Assembly (NCBI GenBank): GCA_958009085.1
Contig: OY253675.1
Coordinates: 682,001 to 746,000 of the forward strand
Source of the DNA: Protoeuglena noctilucae
Taxonomy: Eukaryota
Length of the DNA: 64,000 nt
Direction: 5' to 3'
The notes under the pieces are model-generated. The model was not told the DNA's origin. It ran no database searches and was given only the letters and a program-made list of their open reading frames with translations. The position numbers and the translations under genes are program-made. The stretch's first letter is position 1. Every line of letters begins with the position of its first letter. This document shows, in pieces, positions 61,435 through 64,000 of this stretch.

Positions 61435-64000
61435 CTAGAAGTCCGAGTCGATGACGATCTGGTGCCCGGCGTACGACAGCTGCAGCGCGGGCTGCTCGGG
61501 GCGGACCATGTTCCCGGGCACGGCCGCGGGGCGGATGAAGCCCTGATGCAGCCCCGCCTGCATGCCGCTCGGAGCGTTCATGACGTCCTCGGCCGCGGTG
61601 ATCAGCACGCCCTTCTCCTGCGGCGGGGAGCGGGCACGGGGCGGGCGGTGAGACGCGGCATGCAGGCGAGAGGAGCGCACGCATCCCACACACCAACACA
61701 CGATGCCGCCACAAGCACTGCACAAGATCCGCTCTGCGTTACACAGAACAATGACCCCGCGCGTGCTTGCAAGCACATGCATTCCCACAAGCACAAACAT
61801 CGCCACGCGCACGCCTCCCCACCCCCACCCCCGCTCTCACGTTGACCCATCGGTCGTGCCGTGCCGTCCACTCCTTCTTGTCCTCCTCCTTCATCATCTG
61901 CACCACCACCTCCTCCAAGATGGCTCCCAGGTCCAGGGCAGGGGCCGGGATGGCCGTCACGTGCGCCCGGCACTGCGGTGGGGCGGGTGGAGGGCAACAG
62001 GTGGGTGGAAGGCAGCTGGTGGAAAAGGCGTACTTATCAGATAAGAGCGGGATGCGGGGTGCCAGCCTGTGCCCTCAGCTTCGGGCATGAGATGCGCACT
62101 CTTAGCTAACCCGTGCCTCTCCCATCGTCTCACCTTGGGGCATGAGATGCGCGTCCCCTCTCGCCCCTGCTCCCGTGGGTTCTTGACCGCCACGTGCTTG
62201 ACCCACTGCAGGATGCAAGTGCCGCAGAAGGTGTGGCCGCACGGGGTCACTGCGGGGGGTGGGGGTGGGGGTGCTGGTGAGGGACGAGGGGTGCTGAGAG
62301 GCTGACAGGGGTGGGGAGGGTGCAAGTGCAGGTGAGGCAAGCGGAGAGAAACAAGCAAGTTTGCAACCACCATGCACCCCATGCACGCAGCGCGCATGCA
62401 CAGGGCATCGTGCAACTCCACCCCTTCCCCTCCCCGCATCGCCCCTCACCCGTGTAGGGCGCGACCATGATCTCCATGCAGATGGCGCAGGTGGTGCGCT
62501 GGAACATGGTGTCGGAGGCGTTGCTCAGCAGCTCGCGCGTGGCGTCCTGCGTAATGCCCGCCTGCCGCGCGCCCTGCGCCGGCCCCACCGGCTGCCACCC
62601 CTGCCCCTGGCTCTCCCGCGCCACCGAGAGCAGCGCCTCGAGGGCGTAAAAGGCGTTCTGCGCCACCGCCGCGTGCATGAGCGCCTGCATCGTCCCTGCC
62701 TGCTCCACCGCCGCCGCCACCAGGTGGTGCCGCTCCCCCGCGCTCCCCGCCGACTGCAGCTGGTTCTCCAGCTTCACCGCCGCCGCGATCGCCGCCTGCG
62801 TCGCCCCCATCGGGCCCACCCCCGCCATGTCCCCGTCCTCCACCTTGCGCTTGCGCGCCATGGGCGTGTCGTCGTCGCCGTTCTGCGAATGTCGAGCATT
62901 GTGAGATGAGAAAGAGTACGAGCACGGAACACACACGCTGATGGTGGTGGACTGAGCCACCCTGCATGCCCCTCTTCCTCTCGCCTGCGAGTCGCAGTCC
63001 ATGCCACACCCCCCTGCCACCACACCCATCCACAAACACACACACATCCTCCCCCCAGTCGGAGTCTCACCTGCGAGTCGCAGTCCATGTCCTGGTTGGC
63101 GTCGTCCCCGACGTTGCGGGCGGGGGCGGGGTGCGACAGCATCCACTGGTTGATAATGTCGGCGACTTGCGAGAAGCCGTTCGCCATCGCCATCTGGGAC
63201 ACCGACACCCCGTTGCCGAGCACCCGCGGGTCCGCCCCGGCCTCCAGCAGCTGCCGCGTGACCTCCACCCGGCCACGCTGCGCCGCATAGTGCAGCGGCG
63301 TCAGGCCCACCTCGTCGGGGATCGTGGGGTCGATCCCCGGGGCCGCCAGGAGCACTGCGGGGGGCGGCGGATGGGGGGGATGAGCGATGCACCCACGCAT
63401 CCCATCACCCTATGTCACGCCCAGCGCCCCTGCACACACCGTCCACGCCACCCCTCTCTTTTTTGATCTTTAGAAACCCACATCACCCTCCCTATTCCGC
63501 TCTCCGCCCCCCACACCGCCCCTCCCGCCCAGCACCACACACACACGCACCGCCCCCCGCCCCTCCGCCTCCTCACCTGACATGATGTGGGCCTGTCCCT
63601 CGGACACGGCCATGTGCAGCGCCGTCTGGCCGTCCCCGGACCTGGCGTTGACGTCCCCGCCGAACTCCAGGAGCTGCCGGGCCGCGTCGGCCTGCCCCTT
63701 GAGCGCGGCCAGGTGCAGCGCAGTCCGGCCGTTGGTCTCCGAGGCCGCCCTGGCCAGCTGCGGCGCGGCCGGCAGCACCAGCTGCAGGATCTCGACGTGC
63801 CCGTGCGACGCGGCGATGTGCGCCACCGTCTGGCCCTGGTTGGTGATGGCGGTGGGCGACGCGCCGGCGATGAGCAGCGCCCGCACGACCGCGGGCAGCC
63901 CGTGCTTCACCGCGAAGTGCAGCGGCGTGGCGCCGTGCACCTCCCGCTGGTCCACCATGTGCGGGAAGTTGCTGAGCACGAACCCCACCGCCGCCGGCGA
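61435..64000 (-). CDS. Ankyrin-repeat + C3HC4 RING E3 ubiquitin ligase (5'-partial)
   Basis: Ankyrin motifs GATPLHFA, GQTVAHIA, GRTALHLA, GQTALHMA and GLTPLHYA. RING CAICMEIMVAPY-TVTPCGHTFCGTCI-x-CPKCR. Stop at 61435. Confidence 0.88.

Noticed and set aside
1..64000. Hundreds of long Pro/Arg/Gly/His-rich ORFs in the six-frame track
   Set aside because: They are shadow frames of GC-rich exons or translations of low-complexity introns, with no motifs or splice support.
1..64000. Stop-codon reassignment (TAA/TAG read as Gln, as in some ulvophytes)
   Set aside because: Conserved genes end at TAA, TAG and TGA (WD40, vWA, NOP58, CRY-DASH), and no in-frame TAR codons are needed in conserved exons.

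Overview
This is GC-rich, intron-dense eukaryotic nuclear DNA read in the standard code. It is probably a green alga, which I infer from gene content, codon usage and intron style. Splicing the ORF track by hand gives about 18 protein-coding genes. In order: an ERCC6L2/Switch2-like SNF2 ATPase (5'-partial), a membrane-anchored hemerythrin protein, a tail-anchored disordered protein, RNF10-like (cut by a 200-N gap), an RGG-WD40 protein, a ParA/Soj-type ATPase, PUF6/PUM24, an AIFM2/FSP1-like oxidoreductase, NTMT1, cryptochrome DASH, a vWA protein, a multi-TM guanylate cyclase, a SEC14 protein, an R2R3-MYB, HLTF/RAD5-like, a secreted EF-hand-glutaredoxin, NOP58 and an ankyrin-RING protein (5'-partial). 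Two things stand out. (1) A prokaryote-type ParA/Soj gene carries 7 spliceosomal introns and one frameshift. It lies in a ~2.6 kb segment bracketed by a ~180-bp direct repeat that copies the end of the PUF6 CDS exactly to its stop codon. (2) At least 17 'splice-junction echoes' are present: 14-50 nt copies of exon/intron junctions lying inside the adjacent intron. They occur in introns that are G-rich at the 5' end, C-rich at the 3' end and CpG-depleted, and the genes also use GC-AG donors frequently. All exon models are manual and have not been checked against transcripts.
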